Assembly: GCF_009931435.1 (NCBI RefSeq)
Contig: NZ_CP043414.1
Length of the DNA stretch: 64,000 bases
DNA from: Escherichia coli
GTDB lineage: Bacteria; Pseudomonadota; Gammaproteobacteria; Enterobacterales; Enterobacteriaceae
Strand: one strand, 5' to 3'
Shown piece by piece: positions 34,493 to 45,311 of the stretch. The notes beneath the pieces are model-generated. The model had not been told where the DNA came from. It did no database searches and saw only the letters and a program-made list of their open reading frames with translations. Position 1 is the stretch's first letter, and each line of letters starts with the position of its first letter. A program made the translations under genes and the position numbers.

Positions 34493-36784
34493 TTGTCAGA
34501 ACTACTCTCTTTCGCCCTTTTTCTCGCCTCTGTGCTGATTTACGCATGGAAAGCGGGACGTAACACCTGGTGGTTTGCAGCCACGTTAACGGTGCTGGGG
34601 CTATTTGTCGTTTTAAATATCACCCTGTTTGCCAGCGACTATTTTACTGGTGATGGTATTAACGACGCGGTTCTCTATACCTTAACCAACAGCCTGACCG
34701 GTGCTGGTGTCAGCAAATACATTCTGCCGGGTATCGGCATTGTGCTGGGGCTGACGGCGGTGTTCGGTGCTCTGGGCTGGATCCTGCGCCGTCGTCGTCA
34801 TCATCCGCACCATTTTGGTTACAGCCTGCTGGCACTCTTACTGGCGCTGGGTTCAGTGGATGCCAGCCCGGCATTTCGTCAGATAACGGAACTGGTGAAA
34901 TCCCAGTCACGCGACGGCGACCCGGACTTCGCGGCTTATTATAAAGAGCTGTCGAAAACTATCCCTGACCCGAAACTCAACCTGGTTTATATCTACGGCG
35001 AAAGCCTCGAGCGGACCTATTTTGATAACGAAGCTTTCCCGGATCTCACGCCTGAACTGGGCGCGTTGAAAAATGAAGGCCTGGATTTCAGCCATACGCA
35101 GCAGCTGCCGGGAACGGATTACACGATTGCAGGCATGGTGGCTTCTCAGTGCGGCATTCCGCTGTTTGCTCCCTTTGAAGGCAACGCCTCCGCTTCTGTT
35201 TCCAGCTTCTTCCCACAGAACATCTGCCTGGGCGATATCCTGAAGAACTCGGGTTATCAGAACTATTTCGTGCAGGGCGCGAATCTGCGTTTTGCCGGTA
35301 AAGATGTGTTCCTGAAGTCGCACGGCTTCGACCATTTATATGGCTCAGAAGAGCTGAAAAGCGTGGTGGCAGACCCACACTATCGCAACGACTGGGGATT
35401 CTACGACGATACCGTTCTCGATGAAGCGTGGAAAAAGTTTGAAGAGCTTTCCCGCTCTGGCCAGCGATTCTCACTGTTTACCCTGACAGTCGATACCCAT
35501 CACCCGGATGGTTTTATCTCGCGTACCTGTAACCGCAAAAAATATGATTTTGACGGTAAGCCGAATCAGTCATTCAGTGCGGTAAGTTGCAGCCAGGAGA
35601 ATATCGCGGCGTTTATCAACAAAATCAAAGCGTCACCGTGGTTTAAAGATACCGTTATCGTCGTCTCATCTGACCATTTAGCGATGAACAACACGGCGTG
35701 GAAATACCTCAATAAGCAAGATCGCAATAATCTGTTTTTCGTCATTCGTGGCGACAAGCCGCAGCAAGAAACGCTGGCGGTGAAGCGTAATACGATGGAT
35801 AACGGCGCGACGGTGCTGGACATTCTCGGTGGCGATAACTATCTCGGACTTGGTCGTAGCAGTTTATCCGGGCAGTCAATGTCGGAAATCTTCCTCAATA
35901 TCAAAGAGAAAACGTTGGCGTGGAAGCCGGATATCATCCGCCTGTGGAAATTCCCTAAAGAGATGAAAGAGTTCACCATCGACCAGCAGAAAAACATGAT
36001 TGCCTTCTCAGGTAGCCATTTCCGTTTGCCGCTGCTGTTGCGGGTTTCAGACAAACGCGTGGAACCGCTGCCGGAAAGTGAATACTCAGCACCGCTGCGT
36101 TTCCAGTTGGCCGATTTTGCTCCACGCGACAATTTCGTCTGGGTTGACCGTTGCTATAAGATGGCACAACTCTGGGCTCCGGAACTGGCACTTTCCACCG
36201 ACTGGTGTGTCTCGCAAGGGCAGCTTGGCGGTCAGCAAATTGTCCAGCATGTTGATAAAACAACATGGAAGGGCAAAACGGCATTTAAAGATACGGTCAT
36301 CGACATGGCGCGTTACAAAGGCAATGTCGATACGCTGAAGATTGTTGATAACGATATTCGCTACAAAGCCGACAGTTTCATCTTTAACGTCGCCGGTGCG
36401 CCAGAAGAGGTGAAACAGTTTAGCGGGATTTCTCGTCCGGAGTCGTGGGGCCGCTGGTCCAACGCACAGTTGGGCGACGAAGTAAAAATCGAGTACAAGC
36501 ATCCGCTGCCGAAGAAATTTGACCTGGTGATTACCGCCAAAGCATACGGCAATAATGCCAGCCGCCCTATTCCGGTACGCGTAGGCAATGAAGAACAAAC
36601 CCTTGTGCTGGGCAATGAAGTAACCACCACTACGCTGCATTTCGATAACCCAACCGATGCTGACACGCTGGTGATTGTGCCACCTGAACCCGTCTCAACC
36701 AACGAAGGGAATATCCTCGGACACTCGCCGCGTAAGCTTGGTATCGGCATGGTGGAAATTAAAGTGGTGGAACGTGAAGGGTAA
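34493..36784 (+). CDS. opgB: Phosphoglycerol transferase I OpgB (MdoB)
   Basis: 763-aa ORF with a TTG start, (M)[21 protein letters not shown]...; N-terminal transmembrane segments followed by a sulfatase-like domain. Confidence 0.9.
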   Translation: MSELLSFALFLASVLIYAWKAGRNTWWFAATLTVLGLFVVLNITLFASDYFTGDGINDAVLYTLTNSLTGAGVSKYILPGIGIVLGLTAVFGALGWILRRRRHHPHHFGYSLLALLLALGSVDASPAFRQITELVKSQSRDGDPDFAAYYKELSKTIPDPKLNLVYIYGESLERTYFDNEAFPDLTPELGALKNEGLDFSHTQQLPGTDYTIAGMVASQCGIPLFAPFEGNASASVSSFFPQNICLGDILKNSGYQNYFVQGANLRFAGKDVFLKSHGFDHLYGSEELKSVVADPHYRNDWGFYDDTVLDEAWKKFEELSRSGQRFSLFTLTVDTHHPDGFISRTCNRKKYDFDGKPNQSFSAVSCSQENIAAFINKIKASPWFKDTVIVVSSDHLAMNNTAWKYLNKQDRNNLFFVIRGDKPQQETLAVKRNTMDNGATVLDILGGDNYLGLGRSSLSGQSMSEIFLNIKEKTLAWKPDIIRLWKFPKEMKEFTIDQQKNMIAFSGSHFRLPLLLRVSDKRVEPLPESEYSAPLRFQLADFAPRDNFVWVDRCYKMAQLWAPELALSTDWCVSQGQLGGQQIVQHVDKTTWKGKTAFKDTVIDMARYKGNVDTLKIVDNDIRYKADSFIFNVAGAPEEVKQFSGISRPESWGRWSNAQLGDEVKIEYKHPLPKKFDLVITAKAYGNNASRPIPVRVGNEEQTLVLGNEVTTTTLHFDNPTDADTLVIVPPEPVSTNEGNILGHSPRKLGIGMVEIKVVEREG

Positions 36785-36798
36785 TTCCTGACTGATTT

Positions 36799-36825
36799 GT
36801 AGGTCGCATAAGGTGCGACCTACAC
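36799..36825. repeat. REP-like palindrome downstream of opgB
   Basis: TGTAGGTCGCATAAGGTGCGACCTACA near-perfect inverted repeat. Confidence 0.4.
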
Positions 36826-36918
36826 ACCTTCTCCGGCTCACAACACATTATTAAGAAACAAAAAAAACAGCGCCCAACACTTCCCCGGACGCTGCATGGC
36901 AACTTTAATAATCTCGCC

Positions 36919-37944
36919 TTATAAGAAAGTAATTACACCCTTAATCAACTCACGGTTGTTAATCACATCGCGCTCATAGGTTTCTGCCAGCGTGGCGAAC
37001 GGATAGCGATGGGTTAACATCATGTCGGCAGTGATTTTTCCTTCCGCCATCAGTCGACCGACTTTAGCGAAATCTTCCGGCGTGGCGTTGCGGCTGCCCA
37101 TCATCGTCGTTTCTTTTTTATGGAATTCCGGATCGGAGAACTGCAACTCACCTTTAAACAGACCGACAAACACCACCGTGCCGCCGTGACGAATCAGATT
37201 CACGGTGTTATTCATTGCATGTTGATTACCTGTCGCGTCGATCACTTTCTGCGCCAGCGAACCACCAAACTGCGCCCGCAGCTGCGCGTCAAAATCTTCG
37301 GCTGACGGGTCCAGCACGGGCAACTCCAGACGCGTTGCCACATGTTCTCGGCGTGCCGGACTGGTATCCGCCACCACCACCTGTGCGCCATCAGCTTTAG
37401 CGATTGCCGCCGCGCCCAGACCAATTGGCCCCGCCCCGACCACCAGCACCTGCTCGCCGGGAGCAATAGCCGCACGACGCACCGCATGAGCGCTAATAGC
37501 GAAAGGTTCAATCAATGCTGCCGCCTGCGGGTCAATACCGTCTGCGGGCAAAATGTTCGCCACCGGCACGCTCAAATACTCACTAAAACCACCATCCTGA
37601 TGCACACCAATAACTGAAATTTTTTCACAGCAATTGGTGCGACCGCTTTTACATGCCGGGCATTGCTGACAGGCAACATAAGGGATCACAGCAACTTGCT
37701 GACCATTTTTAAGATCAGCAATATTTTTACCCAGCCCAACAATCTCCCCACATATTTCATGGCCTAAAACGCGTGGATAACTAAAAAATGGTTGATTTCC
37801 ACCCCAGGCATGAATATCGGTACCGCAAATCCCGACAGACTTAATTTTTATTAATGCTTCATTGTCACCCGGAATAGGTATCTCGCGTTGTTTCCAGACT
37901 AATTCTTTCGGCTGCTGGCAAATTAAAACATTCATCGTAGACAT
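36919..37944 (-). CDS. lgoD: Zinc-dependent alcohol dehydrogenase family, L-galactonate 5-dehydrogenase LgoD (YjjN)
   Basis: Start placed at MSTMNVLICQQPKELVWKQREIP... (340 aa); MDR zinc and Rossmann motifs. Confidence 0.85.
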   Translation of the reverse strand: MSTMNVLICQQPKELVWKQREIPIPGDNEALIKIKSVGICGTDIHAWGGNQPFFSYPRVLGHEICGEIVGLGKNIADLKNGQQVAVIPYVACQQCPACKSGRTNCCEKISVIGVHQDGGFSEYLSVPVANILPADGIDPQAAALIEPFAISAHAVRRAAIAPGEQVLVVGAGPIGLGAAAIAKADGAQVVVADTSPARREHVATRLELPVLDPSAEDFDAQLRAQFGGSLAQKVIDATGNQHAMNNTVNLIRHGGTVVFVGLFKGELQFSDPEFHKKETTMMGSRNATPEDFAKVGRLMAEGKITADMMLTHRYPFATLAETYERDVINNRELIKGVITFL

Positions 37945-38082
37945 GATTCGGCTCTCCATTTTTTGTTGCCTTAGATATCAATGAAAATGAAAAATGGCAG
38001 CGGAACGGAAAATCTGTTTTGTGAAAACACACGCATAAAAATGTTTTAAATCGGGTTTTAATGGACTCACAAGGAGGAAAAT

Positions 38083-38997
38083 ATGAGTCGCTCACAAAAT
38101 TTACGCCACAATGTGATTAACCAGGTCATTGATGATATGGCACGAGGTCATATCCCTTCGCCACTTCCATCGCAAAGTGCGCTGGCAGAAATGTACAACA
38201 TCAGCCGCACCACAGTGCGTCATATTCTCAGCCACTTACGCGAATGCGGCGTCTTGACGCAGGTTGGAAACGACTATGTTATTGCGCGTAAACCTGACCA
38301 TGATGACGGTTTCGCCTGTACTACCGCTTCAATGAGTGAACAAAACAAAGTGTTTGAGCAGGCTTTTTTTACGATGATAAACCAGCGCCAGTTACGCCCA
38401 GGAGAAACTTTTTCTGAACTGCAACTGGCTCGGGCCGCGGGTGTCAGCCCGGTTGTAGTAAGAGAATATCTTTTAAAATTCGGTCGTTATAATCTTATTC
38501 AGAGCGAAAAGCGCGGCCAGTGGAGCATGAAGCAATTCGATCAATCCTACGCCGAGCAGCTGTTTGAGCTACGCGAAATGCTCGAAACTCATTCACTTCA
38601 GCACTTTCTCAACCTGCCTGATCATGATCCCCGCTGGCTGCAGGCGAAAACCATGCTCGAACGTCATCGACTACTGCGTGACAACATCGGCAATAGCTTT
38701 CGCATGTTCTCGCAACTTGACAGAGATTTTCACTCCTTACTGCTTTCAGCTGCCGATAATATCTTTTTTGATCAATCGCTTGAGATCATCTCAGTCATCT
38801 TTCATTTTCACTATCAATGGGACGAAAGCGATCTTAAACAGCGCAATATCATTGCCGTCGATGAGCATATGACCATTCTCAGCGCTCTGATTTGCCGCAG
38901 TGACCTGGATGCCACCCTTGCGCTCCGTAACCATTTGAATTCAGCTAAACAATCAATGATTCGATCCATTAATGAGAACACGCGTTATGCTCATTAA
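38083..38997 (+). CDS. lgoR: GntR-family regulator LgoR (YjjM)
   Basis: 304-aa ORF MSRSQNLRHNVINQVIDDMARGHIPSPLPSQSALAEMYNISRTTVRHIL... with an N-terminal GntR HTH. Confidence 0.85.
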   Translation: MSRSQNLRHNVINQVIDDMARGHIPSPLPSQSALAEMYNISRTTVRHILSHLRECGVLTQVGNDYVIARKPDHDDGFACTTASMSEQNKVFEQAFFTMINQRQLRPGETFSELQLARAAGVSPVVVREYLLKFGRYNLIQSEKRGQWSMKQFDQSYAEQLFELREMLETHSLQHFLNLPDHDPRWLQAKTMLERHRLLRDNIGNSFRMFSQLDRDFHSLLLSAADNIFFDQSLEIISVIFHFHYQWDESDLKQRNIIAVDEHMTILSALICRSDLDATLALRNHLNSAKQSMIRSINENTRYAH

Positions 38998-39211
38998 GTA
39001 CGGATTAAAAACAGCAAACTATTAGCGGGTGCACGGTTTTATCAAAAGATAAATACCGGAAAATTCCCGCTTACCTATGCTCACAATCAGTCGACTAAAA
39101 ATGTTTTTGTGAGCGGTAGTAAAGTCCTAAAACTTTCACCTGCCGTTAATGTCAACCTTGCGTAATGCACAATTACGTAAACAATTAAAATTATAAATAC
39201 AGGAGTCCGGC

Positions 39212-40573
39212 GTGGAAAAAGAAAATATCACCCTCGATCCGCGTTCTTCATTTACTCCATCTTCGTCGGCAGATATTCCCGTGCCACCAGATGGATTAGT
39301 TCAACGCAGTACCCGAATTAAACGCATTCAAACCACCGCCATGTTGTTATTATTTTTTGCGGCGGTAATCAATTATCTCGACCGCAGTTCACTGTCGGTA
39401 GCAAATTTAACGATTCGTGAAGAATTGGGATTAAGTGCCACCGAAATCGGCGCTTTGCTCTCCGTGTTTTCACTCGCTTACGGGATTGCGCAACTTCCTT
39501 GCGGCCCACTATTGGATCGTAAAGGCCCGCGCCTGATGCTGGGACTGGGGATGTTCTTCTGGTCACTGTTCCAGGCAATGTCTGGCATGGTGCACAGCTT
39601 TACGCAGTTCGTGTTGGTGCGTATCGGTATGGGAATTGGTGAAGCGCCGATGAACCCATGCGGTGTAAAAGTCATTAACGACTGGTTCAACATCAAAGAG
39701 CGCGGACGCCCGATGGGCTTCTTCAACGCAGCTTCTACCATTGGCGTTGCCGTAAGCCCACCGATTCTGGCGGCGATGATGCTGGTGATGGGCTGGCGCG
39801 GGATGTTTATTACCATTGGTGTACTGGGGATTTTTCTCGCCATTGGCTGGTATATGCTCTATCGCAACCGCGAGCACGTAGAACTGACTGCCGTTGAACA
39901 AGCTTATCTCAATGCAGGTAGCGTCAATGCCCGCCGTGATCCGCTCAGTTTTGCCGAATGGCGCAGCCTGTTCCGTAACCGCACAATGTGGGGAATGATG
40001 CTCGGATTCAGTGGCATCAACTACACTGCGTGGCTGTATCTGGCCTGGCTTCCTGGTTACCTGCAAACAGCCTATAACCTGGATTTAAAAAGCACAGGAT
40101 TGATGGCGGCTATCCCTTTCCTGTTTGGGGCTGCCGGGATGCTGGTCAACGGTTACGTTACCGACTGGCTGGTCAAAGGGGGAATGGCTCCGATTAAAAG
40201 CCGTAAGATCTGCATTATTGCCGGGATGTTCTGTTCTGCCGCCTTTACGCTGGTCGTACCGCAAGCGACAACATCCATGACAGCGGTTCTGCTGATTGGC
40301 ATGGCACTGTTCTGCATTCACTTTGCCGGAACATCCTGCTGGGGATTGATCCACGTCGCTGTCGCTTCTCGCATGACTGCATCGGTGGGCAGTATCCAGA
40401 ACTTTGCCAGCTTCATCTGCGCTTCTTTCGCGCCGATCATTACTGGTTTTATTGTCGATACCACCCACTCATTCCGTCTGGCGCTAATCATCTGCGGTTG
40501 CGTCACCGCGGCGGGTGCACTGGCATACATCTTCCTGGTTCGTCAGCCGATCAACGACCCACGTAAAGATTAA
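39212..40573 (+). CDS. lgoT: MFS transporter LgoT (YjjL), L-galactonate transporter
   Basis: 453 aa, multi-pass MFS protein. Confidence 0.85.
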   Translation: MEKENITLDPRSSFTPSSSADIPVPPDGLVQRSTRIKRIQTTAMLLLFFAAVINYLDRSSLSVANLTIREELGLSATEIGALLSVFSLAYGIAQLPCGPLLDRKGPRLMLGLGMFFWSLFQAMSGMVHSFTQFVLVRIGMGIGEAPMNPCGVKVINDWFNIKERGRPMGFFNAASTIGVAVSPPILAAMMLVMGWRGMFITIGVLGIFLAIGWYMLYRNREHVELTAVEQAYLNAGSVNARRDPLSFAEWRSLFRNRTMWGMMLGFSGINYTAWLYLAWLPGYLQTAYNLDLKSTGLMAAIPFLFGAAGMLVNGYVTDWLVKGGMAPIKSRKICIIAGMFCSAAFTLVVPQATTSMTAVLLIGMALFCIHFAGTSCWGLIHVAVASRMTASVGSIQNFASFICASFAPIITGFIVDTTHSFRLALIICGCVTAAGALAYIFLVRQPINDPRKD

Positions 40574-40580
40574 TTTCCCT

Positions 40581-40614
40581 ATGCCCGATAACATTTTGCT
40601 TATCGGGCATTTTT
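40581..40614. terminator. Bidirectional rho-independent terminator between lgoT and tsr
   Basis: ATGCCCGATAA-CATTTTGC-TTATCGGGCAT hairpin followed by TTTT. Confidence 0.6.
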
Positions 40615-40621
40615 ATGGCGA

Positions 40622-42286
40622 TTAAAACGTTTCCCAGTTCTCTCCGCTATCTGCCACTGCCACTTTGCGCGGCGCAGATGGCGTCACAGTTTTTACTACT
40701 GCCGATGCTTCGCGCTGGCGTTGCTGCTCTTGCTGAATCCGGAACACTGCCACAGCTTCGGTCAGGCGACTGGCCTGCTCCTCCAGCGCGGCGGCGGCAG
40801 CGGCAGATTCTTCCACCAGCGCAGCGTTCTGTTGGGTTACCCGGTCCATCTCAGCAACCGCTAAGCCAACCTGATCGATACCACGGCTCTGCTCATCAGA
40901 AGCAGAAGCAATTTCGCCCATAATGTCCGTCACGCGGGTCACAGCGCTGACAATCTCCGCCATTGTTTCCCCGGCGCTTTCGACCAGCGTAGAGCCAACA
41001 TCCACTTTCCCCACCGAGTCTTCAATCAGGCTTTTAATTTCGCGAGCCGCCTGGGCGCTACGCTGGGCCAGATTACGCACTTCTCCCGCAACCACCGCAA
41101 AACCGCGCCCTTGCTCACCCGCACGCGCTGCTTCAACCGCCGCGTTCAAAGCCAGAATATTGGTCTGGAAGGCAATGCCGTCAATTACGCTGATAATATC
41201 GGCGATTTTCTGCGAGCTGGTGGAGATATCGCGCATGGTCTGCACCACGTTATCCACCACTTTGCCGCCACGTTGCGCCGTTTCGGAAGCACTTAACGCC
41301 AGGTGGCTGGCCTGACGCGCATTTTCGGCGTTCTGCTTCACCGTTGCGGTCAGTTGCTCCATGCTGGCTGCCGTCTCTTCCAGCGAAGCGGCCTGTTGCT
41401 CGGTGCGCGAAGAGAGATCGTTATTGCCGGTGGCGATTTCGCTGGCACCGCTATAGATAGCATTGGCCCCGTTGCGCACATCACCGACGGTACGCATCAG
41501 CTCTCCCTGCATATGGCGCAAACTCTCTGCCAGTTGCCCCATCTCATTAGAACCATCCACCTCAATCGGTTTCACCAGATCGCCACCTGCAATATGACGA
41601 ATGCTGTCAATCAGGCGATTCATTGGCGCTACCAACGAGGCTTTAATACCGAACCAGACGGCGAAGATGACCGCCAGTACGACGATCATCACGCCCACCA
41701 GAATCCACATCGCCTGGCTGTAGGAGGCATTATTATCGCTGACGGCGATATCATAGAGCCGATCGTTTTGCTCCATGTAAGCCACATACTGCTTCTCGAA
41801 ACCGTCCTGATATCCCTGAGTCGGCTGATCAAAGAATTCGTTGATTTTGCCTGCACCTAACAGTTGGATCAGTTCCGCCAGCGCATTGTGATAAATATCG
41901 TAATTACGTTTGATCTCTGCCGCTGCGGCGGTGCTCTGACGCGGGTCACGCGGCAATGCTTCGTAATCCGCCCAGTTTTTTTCCGCCTGTTTCAGCGAAA
42001 TACTGGCACTCTGCATCAGCTCGGCAACGGTTGAACCGCTACCAATATTGTTCTGATCCATCATGTAGCGGATACCCGCGCGGTTGAGGGTGTTACGCGT
42101 CTGCAACAACGCGACCCAGCTGCCATTCAGCGTGGATTGCTGCTGGCGAATGGTTTGTAAAACAGTGAAATTTTCTTTGTCATTCTTTAAGGCATTAAAG
42201 AACAGACCGCCTGATGTCAGTTGTAAAAGGCCAAAAACGGCCAAAACCAGCAGTAAGCTGGTCACGATCTTGATACGTTTTAACAT
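40622..42286 (-). CDS. tsr: Serine chemoreceptor Tsr (methyl-accepting chemotaxis protein I)
   Basis: Start placed at [21 protein letters not shown]... (554 aa from this start); HAMP and methyl-accepting domains and the C-terminal NWETF pentapeptide. Confidence 0.95.
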   Translation of the reverse strand: MLKRIKIVTSLLLVLAVFGLLQLTSGGLFFNALKNDKENFTVLQTIRQQQSTLNGSWVALLQTRNTLNRAGIRYMMDQNNIGSGSTVAELMQSASISLKQAEKNWADYEALPRDPRQSTAAAAEIKRNYDIYHNALAELIQLLGAGKINEFFDQPTQGYQDGFEKQYVAYMEQNDRLYDIAVSDNNASYSQAMWILVGVMIVVLAVIFAVWFGIKASLVAPMNRLIDSIRHIAGGDLVKPIEVDGSNEMGQLAESLRHMQGELMRTVGDVRNGANAIYSGASEIATGNNDLSSRTEQQAASLEETAASMEQLTATVKQNAENARQASHLALSASETAQRGGKVVDNVVQTMRDISTSSQKIADIISVIDGIAFQTNILALNAAVEAARAGEQGRGFAVVAGEVRNLAQRSAQAAREIKSLIEDSVGKVDVGSTLVESAGETMAEIVSAVTRVTDIMGEIASASDEQSRGIDQVGLAVAEMDRVTQQNAALVEESAAAAAALEEQASRLTEAVAVFRIQQEQQRQREASAVVKTVTPSAPRKVAVADSGENWETF

Positions 42287-42317
42287 GGTTTCTCTTTCCA
42301 CTAGACAGATACACTGG

Positions 42318-42344
42318 TTGTCGGCCTGGTGGTGGAAAACTTTA
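42318..42344 (-). promoter_or_regulatory. Candidate sigma-28 (FliA) promoter of tsr
   Basis: On the minus strand: TAAAGTTT, 11 nt, GCCGACAA, ending about 30 nt before the tsr ATG. Confidence 0.5.
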
Positions 42345-42425
42345 TGCTGTGGAAAAGCGTCGGCACTGCTTTTGTTGCAGCAAACTTGCGTTTTTTGTGA
42401 GGGTCACACTCTATAGCGGCAGTTT

Positions 42426-43331
42426 ATGGTACAAAGTATCAATCTTCTTCGAACCAGTGATACTCCTATGGCTTATAGCATCGATATCATCTCCTGCATT
42501 ACCGAACGATTTATGGCGTTAACAGCCACTGAAAAGCGTATCGCACAATTTATTCTTGATGACGTCTCTGCCGCAGTAGAGTTGCCAATTGCTGAGCTGG
42601 CACGGTTAACGCAAACCAGTCAGGCGTCGGTGACGCGTTTTGCCCGTGCACTGGGGTGCAAAGATGTCCGCGAGTTGAAAGTCAAACTGGCGCAGTCACT
42701 GGCTGTCGGGCAGCGGTTTATTCTCGATGTACCGGATCTTGACGGTGTTCAGGGGATCTACGAAGCGATTATTAGCGTGCTGGAAACGCATCGTCGTTCG
42801 CTGGATATGAATGCCATCAGCCAGGCTGTAAGCTGGTTAAGTCAGGCGCGGCAAATTCTTGCGTTAGGAACTGGCGGCGGTTCCACTATCTGTTCACAGG
42901 AGATTCAGTACCGTTTATTCCGTCTGGGGCTACCGGTGGTCAGTCAGAATGATGCCCTGATGATGAGAATGATGTGCTCGGCAGTGATGCCGCAGGATGT
43001 GGTGATTGTGCTGTCGCTGGGCGGTTATACACCGGAAATCATCGAAAGTGCGGCAATCGCCCGTCAGTATGGCGCGCGTGTTATTGCCATTACGCCAGCA
43101 CAAACACCGCTGGCGGAACAGGTGGATCTGGTATTGCCGTTACTGGTTCAGGAAAGTGATTACATCTTTAAGCCCACCCCTTCCCGCTACGCGATGTTAG
43201 CCATGGTCGATGTACTGGCAACAGAACTGGCAATGGCAAATAAAGCGCAGGCGAAAGATCGCCTGCGGCGGATAAAACTGGTGTTAGACAGCCACCGTGG
43301 GGGCGCTAACCGCCAGCCACTTGGCGATTAG
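42426..43331 (+). CDS. RpiR/MurR-family transcriptional regulator (HTH_6 + SIS domain)
   Basis: N-terminal HTH region (...LTATEKRIAQFILDDVSAAVELPIAELARLTQTSQASVTRFARALG...) and SIS motif ILALGTGGGSTICSQ; true start may be an internal Met. Confidence 0.7.
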   Translation: MVQSINLLRTSDTPMAYSIDIISCITERFMALTATEKRIAQFILDDVSAAVELPIAELARLTQTSQASVTRFARALGCKDVRELKVKLAQSLAVGQRFILDVPDLDGVQGIYEAIISVLETHRRSLDMNAISQAVSWLSQARQILALGTGGGSTICSQEIQYRLFRLGLPVVSQNDALMMRMMCSAVMPQDVVIVLSLGGYTPEIIESAAIARQYGARVIAITPAQTPLAEQVDLVLPLLVQESDYIFKPTPSRYAMLAMVDVLATELAMANKAQAKDRLRRIKLVLDSHRGGANRQPLGD

Positions 43332-43340
43332 CATTGTCGG

Positions 43341-44810
43341 TTATGCTTCTTCAGGTTTGGTGATCACGACACTCTGGTTTTCACGCTCATTGGTGATAAT
43401 AGCCAAAGCTTCTTCCCGGCTGACCTGACTTGCTGGCGTTACCAACGTCACCAGTACGCCAGCGACCAGGCTGCCCAGCACTGACGGAATACACGGGTTA
43501 CCCCAGTAAGCCAGCCAGTCGGCATTCATCAGCACCACAATTGACATCACCATACCGCTCACTAACGCCGCCAGCGCGCCCTGCCAGTTAAAGCGTAGCC
43601 AGAAGCGACCGAGAATCGAGCAGATAAACAGCCCGGACATCAGCATCGAAATCATTTTGGTAATGTAGCTGATGATGTCATTAGAGGTCAGAGCAAAGAC
43701 CAGCGCCAGGCCAATAACAAAGGTCAACATCCAGCGTGAGTAAGTAATGGCCTTGTCCTCCGGCGGCATTCTGCCGGTAATCATGGTGTAGACGTCGCGC
43801 ATCATAATCGCCACTGCCGCAATGGCATCAGAACTGGCAGAAGACATGGTGGCAGAAAGCCCGGCAATCAGCACCACCAGCCCAAGAATGGCAGGTAAGA
43901 AGCTGGTCGCGAACAAGAAGGCATAGTTACTGTTTTCCAGATTCGGGTTCATGGTGAACGCCGCCATGCCGATAATGGCAGGCAGAATCGAGAAGAACAG
44001 ATACAACACGCCAGTAATAACAAATGAACGCCGTACAGAGGGAACGTCTTTTCCCGAGTAAATACGCTGGCGATAAGATGGTGTGGCCAGTACGCCGACA
44101 CCAATAACCAGCGCCAGCGAAAGCGCAGGCAGCACGCCCATTTTATCAATCGCAAACAGGCTCATCGCTTTTGGGTCCATCGCCTGTTCAATCGCACTCC
44201 AGCCACCAACGTGAACAACGGCAAGAATAGCCATTAATATAAAGCCAAAGAACAGAATTAGGGCCTGAATAGTATCTGTCCACACTACCGCCGAATAACC
44301 GCCGATAATAACGTAAATCGCAAAAGCTAAGGCAATAATTAATTTTGCCACCGTAAGATCAATACCTGTCGCCCAGGCAAGATACATACTGCCACCTAAT
44401 ATATGCGCTCCCAGCCAGCCAATAGAGGCAATAAATATCATCAGGCCGACAATATTTTTAATTAAATGGCTGCCGCCAGTATAATAAGATATTTCTTCAC
44501 TCATGGTCATAAAACGTAATTTACGTACCGGTGCAAACAGCCACGCCACCAGTAATATACCTACGGCCCCACCGACGCCATAAAGCATTCCGGCCCAGCC
44601 ATTGCTGTAGCCAAAGCCCACTGCGCCCATACTGGAACCCGTGCCAACCATCGTGGCAACGGTTGACCCCAGCGTCAGAAACAGCGGCAGCGAACGCCCG
44701 CCCAACAGAAAATCTTCTCCGCTTTTCTGATTACGAGAAACAAACCAACCAAGCCAAATCATGGCGATGGCATAAATAATAAAGCCGACTAAAAAGATAT
44801 GACTGTTCAT
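43341..44810 (-). CDS. Sodium:solute symporter family (SSS) transporter
   Basis: 489 aa, about 13 predicted transmembrane segments; N-terminus ...FVSRNQKSGEDFLLGGRSLPLF... typical of PutP/PanF-type symporters. Confidence 0.7.
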   Translation of the reverse strand: MNSHIFLVGFIIYAIAMIWLGWFVSRNQKSGEDFLLGGRSLPLFLTLGSTVATMVGTGSSMGAVGFGYSNGWAGMLYGVGGAVGILLVAWLFAPVRKLRFMTMSEEISYYTGGSHLIKNIVGLMIFIASIGWLGAHILGGSMYLAWATGIDLTVAKLIIALAFAIYVIIGGYSAVVWTDTIQALILFFGFILMAILAVVHVGGWSAIEQAMDPKAMSLFAIDKMGVLPALSLALVIGVGVLATPSYRQRIYSGKDVPSVRRSFVITGVLYLFFSILPAIIGMAAFTMNPNLENSNYAFLFATSFLPAILGLVVLIAGLSATMSSASSDAIAAVAIMMRDVYTMITGRMPPEDKAITYSRWMLTFVIGLALVFALTSNDIISYITKMISMLMSGLFICSILGRFWLRFNWQGALAALVSGMVMSIVVLMNADWLAYWGNPCIPSVLGSLVAGVLVTLVTPASQVSREEALAIITNERENQSVVITKPEEA

Positions 44811-44912
44811 AATTCACATCCTGCCAGTAGAGAGAGAATAATGTAAGAGTTCCCGGAGTGCTGAATGTATTCAGCACTCAATTGCGGTCTGTTTTTTTAA
44901 TTCTTAAATTTA

Positions 44913-45308
44913 TTAGCGGGTCGCGTTATAACAGGTCACATCGACTTCGACTTTACAATCGACAACCAGATCAGCCACACAACAAATACGTGCAGGCGGA
45001 TTCTCGCCAAAAAATTCTCTGAATACTTTATTAAATGACTGGAAATAGCGGGCGTCGGTCAGGATCACTTTCACGTGAACCACATCCGCCAGGCTATAAC
45101 CGGCTTCAGTCATGATGTCGACACAGTTTTGGATCGCCAGTCGTGACTGTTCAACGATTCCGCCTTCTACCACTTCACCGTTTTTCATGGGTGTTTGCCC
45201 GGAGACGTACAGCCAGCCGCCCGCCTCAACCGCCCTGGCAAAAGGCAAATGCTGCCCGCCAGTGCCTGTTCCACCTTCCGTACCGTAACGTTTAATGCTC
45301 ATATTCAC
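44913..45308 (-). CDS. RidA/YjgF-family reactive-intermediate (enamine/imine) deaminase
   Basis: 131 aa with the YjgF fold signature (...AGYSLADVVHVKVILTDARYFQSFNKVFREFF...); starts 3 nt after the upstream deacylase stop. Confidence 0.7.
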   Translation of the reverse strand: MNMSIKRYGTEGGTGTGGQHLPFARAVEAGGWLYVSGQTPMKNGEVVEGGIVEQSRLAIQNCVDIMTEAGYSLADVVHVKVILTDARYFQSFNKVFREFFGENPPARICCVADLVVDCKVEVDVTCYNATR

Positions 45309-45311
45309 TCC

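Noticed and set aside
42084-42416. 110-aa ORF on the plus strand
   Set aside because: Overlaps the tsr 5' coding region and promoter in antisense; no support.
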